A DNA stretch of 64,000 nucleotides, from the NCBI RefSeq assembly GCF_009914755.1, contig NC_060945.1; one strand, written 5' to 3'. Made by a program: the position numbers and the translations under genes. The notes beneath the pieces were generated by a model. It was given only the letters and a program-made list of their open reading frames with translations, was not told the DNA's origin and did not search any database. Below, piece after piece: positions 32,561 through 48,659 of this stretch (the first letter of the stretch is position 1; each line of letters starts with the position of its first letter). This DNA is from the human T2T-CHM13v2.0 reference genome, Homo sapiens.

Positions 32561-34679
32561 ACCTGACAACAGATTTTCCTTTCTTCCTGCACCACTTGTT
32601 AAGTGTCAGAGCAAATCTTTTGAATGGCAGTGGAGTTTACTTAGAGGCCCTTTCTTCAAGAAGACACTCTATCCATTTTCTGAAGCCCATTCCAGGCTGC
32701 CTCAGGAATAAATTTGCCCCACATCTCACACACACAAAAAAACGTCTTTTTCCTCCACATCTTGACTATGAGCCTTTGTCTCAAGGTGTGTGAACCAGAA
32801 CAAAAATCCACATCAAGAGCCCCTAAGGTTTCAGAGCCTCTGGATTTAGCTTTAATACAAATTAAACACTTTGAAGATTACACAAATACTTTTTTTTTTT
32901 TGGTCACAGAAAAGTCTCATTTTAAACATTACCAATGTATGGATTCTGTTAAACGGAGAAATTTTAAGCAGCAAAGGGTCATAGAATGACTAGATCTTAA
33001 CAATATCCTATATGTACATTGCTGTTAATTCAAACAGAGTAAATAGCCAGCATGCTATATTTCTTTCAATTTAAGAATCCCAAACAGGAGAAGCCAGCCA
33101 TGCTTATTGTATTAAGTTGTATCTCTGTGTTAACTCAAAGTACGTGATAGAAAATCTGTGTTGCAACATTTAAAATTTGCTTACTAGTTTTGAGCAGAGA
33201 AGTTTATTTTCACTTTGAGATGTTCTAAAATGTTTAAATAGCCTCAAATGTTTGAGGGCTTTTTGTTGCAGCTTGGTTTTGCATTATGGTTTTGTTTTTT
33301 ATTTCTTTTGGCTGTTTAATTTTTGATTTGGTATGGTGTGCAAATCTAATGTGAAGTTTTCAAGTGACCACTGTTAAAAGGATCAAGTAGGAAAGTCCTC
33401 TGAATATTAGCATGTCATTTTCCCAGACATTTGCACTGGAGCCATTTTGGGCAATCGGTTTGAAGATATTTTCCTTTTAATAAGTATTTTCTATCAAATA
33501 GAGTCTTATGGAAGAGAAAATAAGTGTTTTGGCTATATTTTTACAATACTTTTTTGAATTTAGGTAGTGGAAAATATGTTACTGAAGTACTGAACAATAT
33601 TTCTGTGCTGGACCAACACTATGATAATTATTTCAATATTATTGATTTCTATTGTGAACTCCACCTACTCTATAGAGAATATTTAATCAGGCAAACTAGT
33701 ACTTATGCCAAAAATGCTTCTTATTCTCCCTCTTCCGCTAGAAAATTTCGCAGGATTAGAGCTATTATACTATCTAGTAGTTACATCTTTGGTGCCTGAG
33801 GATCTCAACACTAAATGGAACCATTACAGGACATTCTACACTCACTCTATACGCTGGATTCCTGTTATATGAAGAGATTCATTATTCTTTACCTCATTTT
33901 CACCATTTTTTAGGAAAGAAAAATGTACTGTATTTCACTGTGCTGAATGCAACTGCCAATCAAGATAGTCTGCAGCCTACCTGTGGACCTTAATGATTTC
34001 ACATGTTCTGCGGAAGAATTTCTCCCCCACCTCCAATGACTATGGCATTCCTTGGGAAAGTTAGCTTGGTATTTACTTTTCCCCAGCAGGTCCCAAGCTG
34101 ACCAAAAAAATAAATAAAAATAAAAAATAAAATCAACAACAACAACAACAACAACAAAAACACAAAACAACAATCAGTTAGCCAGGCTGTTTCAATGGCC
34201 CAATAAGTTCCATGATAGCAAGAATTCTATGAATAATAATGGGACATGGAATCCCATGCAGCCTCGCGGAGAGCTCAGCCAAATCACCCGGAAATTCTGC
34301 TTCATCACAGCCCTTTCTCTTGCCATAAAACTGCTTGGGCTCTGTCTTTGCTTCCACATCATTTAAGCCTTTCTGCCGACCCTCCAGCAATTCCATCCCT
34401 GGGGCCTCCGCCCGTCACTATGCTGGGGCTCCCCAGGGCTTCTCAAGAGGCTCCGTCAGCTCCATCCTAGAGGCCTCTTCACAGCACCAGATGAAGTCCA
34501 CACCTCCTTTTGTAGGACGTTCAAGCAACACAGGCCAGAGTAAGGATCAAAGTAAAAGTCATCCTAAATTCACCACTGAGAGATACCACTGCCGGTAAAC
34601 AGGAGACTGCTTTTTCGGATGTCTACGCATTTATACATCTTGCCCAGTAACAATGGTACTATATCATACATACCATTTT

Positions 34680-34840
34680 CTTTTATTTTATTTGTATAAA
34701 TTTATGAGGTGCAAGTGGAATTTTGTTGTATAGACAGATTGTGTAGTGGTGAAGTCAAGGCTTTTAGTGTGTCCATCATGCAAATGAGGAATATTGTACC
34801 CATTAATTAATTTCTCATCATCCACCCCCTCCCATCCATA
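34680..34840 (-). mobile_element. L1MA 3' end
   Basis: tgtagtggtgaagtcaaggcttttagtgtgtccatca ... attgtacccattaattaatttctcatc. Confidence 0.7.
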
Positions 34841-34886
34841 CATACCATTTTATAAATAGCTTGTTTTAGCCAACAATATGTCATGA

Positions 34887-35227
<341 letters not shown>

Positions 35228-35560
35228 CATATTCCTTTTTAAAGACAGCATCAGAGTTCATCATATAGATATTCTTTAATTATATAATTAATCCCTTTTG
35301 TGGGCCATTTGTGGGGGTGCTCATTTTTTTCTTATTAGAAAGAAAGCTGAAATCAATGTCTTGTACAAATACCTTTTGTGTACTTCTCTGGTTAGCGCTT
35401 TAAGATAAAGACTTAAAAGAGGCATTGTTAGCTCAAAGGATATATATATTTTCACATATGTAGTTAAGCTGACCTCTGGAAATTTATCATATTATGCAAA
35501 TCCTGTCAGCTGCTTTTCAGGGGCAGGAACGCAGTGGGGCAGGGAGGCCATATTTACTTG

Positions 35561-36223
35561 TGACACAGGATTTTTCTTGGCCACTTTGCCAACTGGGGAC
35601 TTCCATGGCCAGTGACCCCCTCCCTGCCCAGACGTCGCTTAGCCCGGCCTGCCTCTGGAGGCGCCCTGCCCACTTGGCCCACCAGTGTTATAGCTTGTAC
35701 CCAAGTTTGGTGATTCCTAAGCTCTTGTGTCATGTCCAAGCAGAAAGAGGATATGCTGCTGACAATTGAAGGGTGAGGATGGATGGAGAAGAATTTTATT
35801 GAGCGATGGAACAGCTCTCAGTGGAGAGGGAACATGGCGGGGGTGGTCCCCCACCCCTGCACTCAGGTGGTTTCTCTCTCCCAGTGTGGCTGAGTCAGGG
35901 ACTTTTATGGGCTCAGAATAGGGGAGTGTGTGCTGTTTGGTTTGTGAGTATGCAAAGAAAGGCTAAAGCAAAGGCACCACTAAAGGTGGGCACAGCAGTG
36001 TAGAAAACCAATTAGAAAAAGGTAAGTATATGTAAAATAGGTGAGGGGTGGGGACGAATCAGAGGAAAGTGTGCCAAATGGGAAGACAGGTTCTCAATCC
36101 AATCTGTGGATTTGACGTGTAGCTTGGCTTTCAGGCTTTAAACTGTCTTTAGCTTGAAGGTCAGGTTTCACTGGGGACCTGCCCATATCTGCCTAGGTAT
36201 TTGTCTGCCTCCTGCCGCTATCA
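35561..36223 (-). mobile_element. 3' LTR of the provirus (complete, 663 bp)
   Basis: Minus strand begins tgatagcggcaggaggcagacaaatacctaggcag and ends tcctgtgtca. Confidence 0.9.
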
Positions 36224-39200
36224 ATTGCCCCCTCTGAAGAGGTACCTCTAACTGTCATTAGGATAAGAACGGTGACCGATCTTAACTGCTTCATGCTGAC
36301 AGGAGGTGCCATTTTGGGAAAATGGCAGTCAGTTCTCCCTCAGAGGCCTCTCTAAGGGTCCCTGACAAAAGGGAGCCATTGTCTGAGGCTCCAGTTGCAT
36401 GACCATTTGCAGTTTGATGGCCTGAAGGTGAAAAGAGACAAACCAGGTTATTAGAAGACATGTATCAAAATGAAACAAGGGGGTAAGGACAGTTCAAAAA
36501 TCCCAAGGTTGCCAACATGCCCAGATAACTGATGGCTATAGTTATGCCTGCTAAGATTTGAGTGCATGGAGCTTGGCTTTGGTTAGCTCCCTTGGTCTTA
36601 TTTTCCCAAACAAAGAAATCTTGGGGTTATGGGCACCCTATTTACTCCTATCACCTGGCAGGATTTGCAGGATAATTGCCCAGAACTAGAATATTGATCC
36701 AGATTTTTACATTACCCAGCCCTTCTGTTTCTTCTGAGCTGCAGCTGGAGATCACTGGTTGGTTCACAGGAATAAGCAGGGTTAGTCTAAAATGCAGACA
36801 AAAACTTAAAAACAATGAGACTAGAATTTAATGTCAAGTGTACGATAAGTTTTGAAACATATTTTTTTCTCTCTCCAGTCCTCATTTTTGTTAAAAACAA
36901 ATCATGATAGGACTGAGTTGTTTGCAAAATAAACTTTCATCTTATATATGGCTTAATTATCTGCATAAAGTGCAGGAAGAATAATTATTTTCACATAGGC
37001 TTTTCTAAGTTGGCTTTGATGAAACTCTGTTCCAGAAGTAATCTTAGATAAAACTTTTCAAAGCTGAGCTCAGCCATGGGTTTATACCCTCAAATACCTA
37101 TGATTTGGGTAAATTCCTCTCTTCCTGAGGTTCTAAGAAAGCTTGGGGCTGCTGGGCCTGTTAGAAAGTGACATTCTTTACTCACCACAGGTTACGAACC
37201 CTGTAAAGGAACTGTGTAGACAAGGTGTGAGGCCAGGTTTCCCAAGGGGCTTTTATTGGTTCTGCAAGTCAAGCTTGATTCCCTAAAGGAAAGTACATCA
37301 TTCCAGTCAAAGCCTTGGCAGAACAACCAGTTTCTCCAATTGAATATTGTTGCAAAAGAAAATGGATTCTTATTGCACTGGTGCAAATAACTATATTGCC
37401 GTAAGTTAAGGATACTCGCAAATAGTTTCCAAATTCTAGAGAAACCAGGCAGAGAGAAACAAATATGCTCCAAATTTTGTTCACAGTAGTATACCTTACT
37501 CAATTGTTAAAAGTTGTAGATAGCTCAAAAGATTCCTTGACTCTGAAAAACAAAACAAGGATCAGCAATGTTTTAAGCAAAATTTTGAAAACATTACTTC
37601 AGTTTTCTATTGATTCAGTCCAATATCTGCTTGATATTCATGAACATTTCAGCTCTTCATGAGTCCTGAATGTTTTTCCTTTATTCCAATGTCACAATCT
37701 CCAAAGATATCAGGAACCTGCATTTAAGAGCACCTGTCAAAGTTCTATAGCTGATTATCAACCATCTTTTGAAAAGGAACAATACAAGACAACAATTATC
37801 TGTGAATGACAAAATGTTCAGGCTAGTTACAGTTAAAAACTTGATTGACAGAGAAATTTGGCTACTTGTATGGTTTACAATAACTTAACATAATAACCTT
37901 AATTATGATTGATAACATATACTCAGACATTAGAATTTTAGAAATCCTAAGCAATTTTGGAACATACATTAATATTATTCACCAAAATAGAACCTGAAAA
38001 TTAAATGTTATTTTTATTTTGGCAATCCCATGTAACTAAACATGTCAAATAATCCTGTTTACCTCTCTTTTGGATGTTCCAGGGGCCCTCTGTAGCATCC
38101 AAAAGTTAGGGGCTAGAAAAGACAACCTTGAAGCTAAAGTTTGATTTTTGGGGAAGCCTACAAACATGTTAAAGGTTTAAAACATTTGATATTATGCAAT
38201 AGAATTCCAGGTTACCACAAGTCATTTATTTAGCCAAAATAATGATTTAAAACATTTTTAAAAAGGCAAAAACCTTTACATACTAAGAGGGAAGACTTAG
38301 CTTTCCAAACAATCTGTCTTGTCTTCCTCCCTCCTTTTTTTGAAACCTTATAGATAATTCTATCCAATCTTAACCAGTTTGACCATGAGGTGAGGTTCCT
38401 ATAAACCTTTTATAACCCTTTACAAATTTTTGTTAAAGAGCAGATCAATGCATTAAGAAAACCCTGTTATGCTTTAATTCCAATGCTTGATTTACGGAAA
38501 AACCAAATCATACCCTTTTGAATTTAGTTGATCTCAAATGAAGTTTCTTTTACAAGATTAATTTTTACCAACCTTTCACAACTTCTTTAAACCTTTAGCT
38601 TTATCTTATCTGATTTAAAACAATTCTTTAACCCTCTAAACTAGGCAAAAATTTATATTCCCATGCCTTCTTATAATATTTTACCAAAAATATATTTTAC
38701 TTTCTTTACACACCTTGCATGTAAATCTATTTTTAGTAGTCCCAATTATGTGTTATAATGGTAACTCTTAGCAATTTTTAATTTTAGTGTAAAACCTGGT
38801 AAGCTGTTTTAATTATGTACTAGGTGCAGCTAAGATCTGACACTTTCCAGTATAGTAAGAGGTATAGTTAACTCCACATGTCCCAAGGCCTTACCAAACT
38901 GTAAAGCAGACAAGCCGAACAGTTTTCAAAATCCAAAGAAGCAGTTTATGACCTTAGAGCATTTAGCAAACCTAATATCTGAACATAATTTAGACCACAT
39001 GTTTACATTTTGAAGACATTTGTATTTTACCAATAATCTTTAAAACTGTTTTTATTTCTCAAAGATTAAAGTCATGTGAACTAAATGGCATTACAGCTTT
39101 TATTTTTCCTTTAAAATTTTTGATCTAAGCCTTTATTTTCTTTAAGCCAATTAATTAGAGCTCCTTTTTATACAGACAGACAGAAGAAGATCCAGTAGTT

Positions 39201-39496
39201 GTAAGATTTTTCATCTGCCAGTTTCTTAATTTGATTACTGGCCTCAGGGTGGAGCCCTTCAAGAGCAGGGCTAGGAAAGCATGCAGTTTCTAGGGCTAAT
39301 AAACAGGCATAGCAGGAAGACAAATACAGATTTTGAGAGGGTTCTATCCACTTTTAATTCCTGGTGTTCCATGAGGAAAACACAGGTTTTTGCCCAAAAT
39401 GGGGTCCATGGCACCTTTTCTGTTTTTCCCAAGCCATCCCAGGCTATCAGAAGTTGTCTTAGGGCCTCTCATGTGTGCATTAAGGGTGGCAAGACA

Positions 39497-39943
<447 letters not shown>

Positions 39944-40186
39944 TTAATTAAGGTGACTTTTAGCTGTAGCACTCTTTAAAAAATTCTTTTAATTCCCTTA
40001 TTACCCAACTTTAGCCATGCCAAGCAGCTGATATTTCTGACTTTTGAACTTTACCAAAATTAACCTCACAGGTGAAACCAACAAACCTCAACTAAGGTTG
40101 ATTTAATCATGAGTGTACAAGGCATTTTCAGAGGTGGTAGGCACTTTTTACAAAATCTAAAATCTTTAAAGGTAGCTCAGAGAAAA

Positions 40187-41852
40187 TGTTATGGGATCAT
40201 TGAGGTGCCGCTTTTCTGGCCAGAAACCTCTGTGCAGAAACCCACAGTGGGGCGGGCAGCTCCAGGTGTCTGCACAGGTGCTGGCTGTCTGCAAGGCTAT
40301 GGCTGGACCAGGCACACCACAAGCAATTTCCAGAGATGGCACTGGGGAACATGGTGGCACCCAGAAGCTTGAACATGCCAGAAATCACAGGGCCCCAAGG
40401 AGGGAGTCACAGTCCTGGCTGAGGGAGCTCCCTGGTCTTGGCTCCCTGAAAGGTTGCAGCTCTTTTCTCCATCTCTTCACCTGTAATGTGGCAAGCAAAG
40501 GGCATGTCTCAACCCTGTTTGTGTTACAGCTCTTTTAGCCTCGCCATTTGGCAGGTCCCAAGTCTTGTCCTGTGACCAGGAAGAATAGGTATGCTGACAA
40601 GTGGAGGGCGAGCAAGAAGAAGAGGAGGTTTATTGAGTAATAGAACAGCTGAGAGGAGACCCTCAGTTTGTAGCTCCTTTCCACAGTCAGGGTGTCCTGA
40701 TGAATGTTCAGCTCCTAGCAGAGAGGGTAGCTCCTCTCTACAGCTGGTCATCCTGTCATCTGCTCTGCTCTGGTTGAGCATGGGGCTTTTATGGGCCTCA
40801 GTGGGGAGAAAGTGTATATCAATTGGTCCATGGGTGGCCATGGGGGGCACCTGGAAAAGGCACCACAAATTCCCACTTTGGTCTGCAGTTCTGGCAGCCT
40901 CGCCCCCAGCCATCAGGCCCTCCCTGGCCTGAGGTGGGGCCTCACCAGGGACCCACCTCCTTCTGCCCAGGAGCCTGTCTGCCCCCCTGCCACTGTCCAT
41001 GGTGCCCAGGCTACTTGTGACAAGTAGCACCTGCAGACCAGTGCCGAGCTACCCTCAGTGCCCCTCTCAGCTTCCCCACCATGCTTGTCAGTGCCCAATG
41101 TCTAGAGGAGGCTGAGGCAGCAGGGGGCTGGTGTGTCTGGTGTGCCAGTACTGCCCCAAGTGTGCGCGTACCTGGCTGGGCTGTGACAGTGCCCATGCTG
41201 GACTCCAACCCCGCTCCAAGATCAGAGCAGGTGCTGGGAGCTGGGAGAGGCCAGGCAGCAGGAGCAGACACCCCTGAGGGTGCAGAGTGCAGAGACACCC
41301 AGGTCCTGCACCTGGGAGGGCAGGACTCCTGCCCTCTCTGAGGAGCATGCAAGAAGCCCTGGCTGTGCTTCCTCGCAGCTTGGGGTGGGGGCTCCAGGTC
41401 CTCACTGGGCCCCTCTGTCCCCACCCCTCTGTGCCCAACCATGCTTTTCCCCTCCATTGGGCAGCTTGATCTAGCCCCTTCATGGCAGCCTCCAGGACAG
41501 CAGGCTTTTGGGGGGTTCCCACTTGTCCCTGGCTCCTGCTGGCTCCATGGAGAGTGGCACTGCCCTGGGCCCAACTCTACCTTCTCCTTGAGCCCTCCCC
41601 TGCAGTGGTGGCAGATGAGAGCAGCAACTCGGAGCCAGGGTCTGGAGTTACGAAGGCTAAGGCCCTGGGGGCAGGTCCCACCTGGCTGCTGTGCCAGGGT
41701 GGGGGCTGCACAGTCAGCTGCCTCAGGGACATGGGGCACAGGGGGCCCACCGCCACCATTGCTGTTCCCACAGCTGCTCCTGTCACCACCTCTCACACCT
41801 CCCCACTGCAGTCAGTGCAGTGGTTGCTCTGGACAGCCCACTGCTGCCATCA
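40187..41852 (-). mobile_element. MER52 solo LTR nested in the provirus
   Basis: Minus strand begins tgatggcagcagtgggctgtccagagc and ends acagaggtttctggccagaaaagcggcacctcaatgatcccataaca; GC-rich; about 1.67 kb. Confidence 0.85.
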
Positions 41853-42310
41853 AAAGGAAGCTAGAAGTTGTTCATGGAGGGGAGGAGAATCAGCAAATGG
41901 TAAAAGTCATGCAGATATTAACCAGAAAGTACTCATTGCCTAAGCCAGGACTGAACCCGGGACTCCATTGCAAAATGGCAAAGACCAAAAGAAAGTACTG
42001 CCATGTGGTTACAAGGTCCAGCTGCAAAGGACGTAAAACAAGATGGAGACCTCATCCAGTTCTTTTCTTTAGAGACCTGTAGCAAAGTTTGTTACTAAAC
42101 AGTTTGCCAGGCTGGCTTGAACAGTGGGCTTACGGGGTCCTAGGCCCATGTTCTATCCTAAGGCATCCCTCTTTCTGATGGAAAGATACAGAAAGACAAA
42201 TTCTTAATACAATGGATTCACTATAGCTTAAGACTAGTCTCACAAATCCCTTTTTCCATTAATCAAAATTTACGGAGGATATAAACAATGATTTTTACCA
42301 ATCACTGAAT

Positions 42311-42781
42311 GAGGATATGCCGACAATTGAAGGGTGAGGATGGGTGGATAAGAATTTTATTGAGTGATGGAACAGCTCTCAGTGGAGAGGGAACATCGGG
42401 GGTGGTCCCCCACCCCTGCAGTGGGGTGGATTCCCTCTCCCAGTGTGGCTGAGTCTGGGACTTTTATGGGCTCAGAATAGGGGAGTGTGTGCTGATTGGC
42501 TTGTGAGTATGCAAAGAAAGGCTAAAGCAAAAGCACCACTCAAAGGTGGGCACAGCAGTGTAGAAAGACAATTAGGAAAGGATAGATATGTAAAATAGAT
42601 GAAGGGTGGGGATCAGTCAGAGGAAAGTGTGCCAAACAGGAAGACAGGTTCTCAATCCAGTCTGTGGATTTGACTTGTAGCTTGGCTTTCAGGCTTTAAA
42701 CTGTCTTCAGCTTGGAGGTGGGGTTTAACCAGGGACCTGCCCCTATCTGCATAGGCATTTGGCTGCCTCTTGCCACTATCA
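42311..42781 (-). mobile_element. 5' LTR of the provirus, truncated on the U5/PBS side
   Basis: About 90% identical to 35747-36223; lacks the equivalent of 35561-35746. Confidence 0.9.
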
Positions 42782-43493
42782 CTTGTATTAATTCAGCCTC
42801 TTGTAGCCTGCAGCTCTCATGCCTTGGAACTAGGGTTTGTCCTGTAGGTTCTCATCAAAGCAATTTACAAAATAGTTCTTCTGATTTCTCCCTTTCTTTT
42901 TTCTTACCTAAGTAACTCAAGACATTTTAGGGACCAATTTCCTAATGCTTATAAAAGTCTCTTGAATTATTTGAATAAAGTGGTGATATAAGAGAAGCAT
43001 GTCAATCCTTGCATTTCATGTGTCAAAAGGCTTAGCTGGCCTGTGGATCATCTTCCCATACTTTCTTTGATTTTGATGCCTTTCTTTGTCACTGTATCTG
43101 AAAAGACCAAATCCAGGGACATGCCTCTCACCTCTAGTCATAGTGGAGGTTCACTCTATATTATTTTTAGTTTTGTTGAAATTATTAAACTGACACTGTC
43201 AAATTCCACAAAACTTGTAAAAATCAAAAAGAAAACACATCACAAATAATTTCTCTGAGTTATGACATCATCTTCACAACCATCATTGACAAGGCTCCAC
43301 AAGGGTTGGCCCCATTGATGAATGTGCCTCCCCTTTATGGCTGGGATGTGGTGTTTTTACTTAAACCAAGAAATAAAGGGATTTATGAACTTTCAGAACA
43401 TTGGCTTCTCAAAAGTATACAATGCTTTTTCTTTATAAATAAGATTGTTTTGCTTTTCAAAATTAAGTATTTTTACTTGTACAGTAAATATGA

Positions 43494-43949
<456 letters not shown>

Positions 43950-46054
43950 TAAAATGTATTTCTGAATGATGGAGATAATTTTCCCATATGATGGTATAGG
44001 AGGCTGATAAGCACAGCCCAGATCTGTGGCTGTGGCTTGGTCTTCTGCATGGTCCAGATCTCCCTTTCCTGCCTTTTCTTCCATGCTCCGGTGATCCATC
44101 CTAGTTGGAGTTCAACCCTTGGGTTTCCCTGGAGCTTTGCTTCTTTGATGCACATGCATGAATTCTTACATTTGCGTATTTTGACATTCTTCATTTCCAA
44201 CAGCTGTGGGCTAAACACTTACAGGCAGGGAGTGGTTTTGTTTTGCAAGCTGCTAGGATATTTGCCAAGAGTTTCATGTTTTCTTATCCTGTATGCAAAG
44301 CCTGTAGAAATGCTTTTAGTTTGTCTTTTGTCTTACTTCTAAGTCTTGCCCTCTGTTTCAGGAGCTGTGGCTGGCGAATCTGGATGTTATGCTGGGACAT
44401 TATTTTTTCACGGGGTTTAATTTCTCTGTCTCTTTAAAAGTTGAATGGACACTGCTTCCATTTCCCTTTGTGATCAATAGAGTGGGCTCATATTTGTAAT
44501 TTCTACACTCATCAAATTATGTCAGTAGGACATAATTTCTTGATGGCCACTTAATCCTGTAAGTGATTTGCTCAACACCTTTGATTTTAATTAAGTGGTT
44601 CCTGAGAATTGTTAAAACAGCAAGCTGTGAATGGAAAATAGATTCAGGAATTTAAATCACACTGAATCCCTGGACATGAGCTCTATGAGGGTAGAGAATT
44701 TTGTCTGTTTTGTACACTGCTGTCTCAACAATAGCTGGCACTTACTAGGCATTGAGTAAATATTTACGGAATAAATGAACGAGAGAATCTAATAAGAAAG
44801 AATGACAACAGCTGATATACTTGGATGCAGAAAAAAAGAATGGAATAACTTTGAATAGTTTAATGTCAAAGTGGATCCCTTTTCTCACTTCTGTGAGTTT
44901 GCTAAGTGTCTTAAATTATCTGAATTACAGTTTCCTTATCCATAAAATAAACACTTGGTAAACCCTAAAGTCTCTTCAAGCCCTAAACTTTTGTGGTGTG
45001 TGATATACAGGTAAGGGATGGTCTAATCTGTGCACCTGCTACAAGGCAGAACCACTATGGAAAAGACAGTTCCAAGTGGAAACTTCCCCAAAACATTTAA
45101 GGAATGGAGGCACTGAAGACTAAATGCATAATCTCAAGGAAGCACTACTGAAGGATCCTATTAGTTTAGACACATAGCTTTCCTTCTCCCTCCCTTTGTT
45201 GCTCCTTCTCTTCCTTCCTCCCTTCCTTCCTTTCACCAGTCTCATTACCACATCAGATGATTAATTGATGGGTCCTATGAATGAAATGAATTTGAAAGCT
45301 AGTCAAACAAAAAAGACATGAGACATTTACTAGTTAAAGCACGTGCTTTCTAATCTGGGGAAACTTGAATATATGGCCTCAGTGGTGTAGCTAGAATTTT
45401 GTTAGTCAATATCATCTTAGTTATAATTACCAAAGTAATGCTCTACAAAATAAATTTTAAGACATTTTGCTGATTATAATCACATTTCCTGAGTAGTTAG
45501 ACATGTTCTGGAATGAATTTATTTTGTCTATTTCAAAATGGCTTAAAGTGCTAGAATTTCTGTTGCTTCCCCAGATTACTCTATACTTTCGTGATTCTCA
45601 CCTTTAACGGTTTTCTGGTTGCTTGGGTATTTTTAAGTCATTATATTTTTCTCACTAGTTGTCTCTTAATTTACTTAAAGGAAGGTATTTGAGCCGTAAC
45701 TCTCTTGACCCCATGCCGATTTCTTGACAGCCTCTTAATCCTGTAAGTGAACAATCCACCAAATTGCCTAGTGGATTTTCTAAAAGTTATATTCCCAATT
45801 CTAGCATAATAGCTTGGTTAGTGTTATTGCACTGAAAGATAGAGGAGATTGTGAAGGCTCATGCACATAATATAAACAGATACATCTTTGAGAAGAGGAA
45901 GAGAATGAGGGAGGAGAGAGCTCCGTGGCTCTCCATCAAACAAGGGTAAAAGTATCTTGTTGGCCCAGAACATATTTTACCTTAAAATTTAAGGATAATT
46001 TAATTTTTAAATGCCAGTTTCATTTCATCATTTACTCTTGTTTTATGGAAATTA

Positions 46055-46755
<701 letters not shown>

Positions 46756-47029
46756 GAAAAAGGAATAAAGAAATAGGAAGAAAGGTATAGAAAGAAGAAG
46801 GAAGCATAGAAACAAGCTAGCTATTGTTACAGCCGTGTTTCTTGAGTGTTGGAGTAGGGAATGATACCGTGATGAAAGCTTTCTGATGCATGGCGACTCC
46901 TGGGAGCCTCACAGTCCCTTCCTTCCTTCCACTGTTCTCCCAGTTTCACCTCCCTTCCTTCCCTCCAATATTTTCTTTTCCTTTCAACTTTGCTTCTCCC
47001 ATTCTCCAATTTCCCTGCTATTTGCTACA

Positions 47030-47650
47030 ATGTGCCTGTTGCTCAGGATACAGTGGTGACAATATGGACAGGAGGGCACACACCTGCAGCTGATCCTCTT
47101 CTTGGGGAAGACAGAGACAAAGCACGTAATCACACAAACCAGTGAAATGATAAATTCTGATAAATGCTGTGACAAAGATGACAAGGAGAGAGTCTAACAG
47201 GGGGACTAATTTAGACTGATGGTCAGCAAAGACCTCTCTGAAGAAATAAAATATTAAAATGAGACTCGAAGGATTAGTAGAAGTTATCCAGAACCAAGGG
47301 GTGCGTGTGCACGTGTGCGTGCGTATGTGTGTGCGTGTGTGAGTGTGTGTGTATGCATGTGTGTGTGTATGTGAGTGTGTTGGAGAGGGTGGAGAAGCAC
47401 ATGCAAAGGCTCTGAGACAGAAGAGGCAGAAAGTGTTAAAGGAGCAGAGAGAAGGCCAGTAGGAGGTGGGCAGGGCTGGAAATGACAGGGGGAGGAGGCT
47501 GTGGATATAATCACTTTGATATAATCTAGAACATCCATTGGAATCCACTGAAGGGCATTGGGTAGCAGGTTAACGAGATTTAAGTCTTAAGGAGGTTGTA
47601 ATGGTTTTAAGAAGACTTTTCTGACCACCCTATAGAATGTGGGTTGCAGT
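47030..47650. mobile_element. L2 fragment containing a (TG)n/(GC)n microsatellite at 47301-47380
   Basis: agcacatgcaaaggctctgagacagaagag ... gagaaggccagt, typical of L2. Confidence 0.65.
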
Positions 47651-47697
47651 TATTTGAACTAAGGAATGCCGCAATGCACCTCACCAAAGCATAGCTG

Positions 47698-47900
47698 CCG
47701 AGTATAATGGTAGGAGCCGACTGTTCAGGTTCGAATCCCAGCCCTAGGTGTTATTAGCTGTATGACCTTGGACAAGTAAATGAAACGTTTTGTGGCCTAT
47801 TTCTTTGTTTGTAAAGGGAGAATGAAAGTAGTATCACCCAAGGGCTCTTGTGAGGATTCACTGAGCACAATACCATGAGTAAGTGCTCAAGAAACAGTAG
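47698..47900 (+). mobile_element. MIR with intact B-box
   Basis: ggttcgaatcccagc ... tgtatgaccttggacaagt ... ttgtgaggatt ... agtaagtgctcaa. Confidence 0.8.
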
Positions 47901-48659
47901 ACATTGTTTTTACCTATTCCTGAATGTTGCTCTTGTAAGACACAGGTTTGTAAAAAGGTAAAACTCAATAAAACTTTGTAAATGGAAAAACATTTAAAAA
48001 GTTTTCTGGGAAAAGTAGCCCTTAGAAAATCCTTTAATAAAGCCAGCAAGCAAACAAAAAACCAAAACACCATTACCTTTCTTCTTGGAAAATACCGTTT
48101 CCTATGTGAAGTTGCTTAGCACAGGGGACAGTTGTCACGCTGCCTGCTGAGCCTCTGGGCACAGTGAACCAGCCCCATCTTCCTGCTTGAATTCAATCCG
48201 GCAAATTTCAGATGATCTTCTACCTGCAAAATACTGTTATGAGTTAAACTGGTTTTGGCTTCAAGAAACAGAAAATTCCTACTCAATCAGCTGGAGTGTT
48301 GAGGGCACTTTATATTTCACATGGCAGGAGATCTAAAGCAAGGGTGGCCTGGTTTCTGGCTCTGCCTCTCTGGGTCCTTTGACTCTGTCTTTTTCTGATA
48401 CTAGCTTAATCCTCAGGCTGGTGCCAGCATGGACGAGTGGAGAAGGAGACTTACTAAGCAAAATTAGGACTCTGTCAAGAAGGAGGAGAGAAGATGGCCT
48501 GAGGGAAGGCAGCCGACAGCATCACCTGCAGCTCTGCAGGACATCAACCACTGCCCTCAAAACCTCACGCCGTAGGGAGGGACGTGGAGACAGTCACAAG
48601 GAATCTGATCATCAACTAGAATGTCACACTTAGCAGATCAGAGTTTCTTTGTAAAACGC

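Noticed and set aside
40524-42082. Long overlapping ORFs (168, 261, 213 and 153 aa)
   Set aside because: They lie mostly in the GC-rich MER52 LTR, where stop codons are scarce; both strands are open and no domain is recognisable
47018-47548. 176-aa His/Thr-rich ORF
   Set aside because: Artefact of the (CA)n microsatellite within an L2
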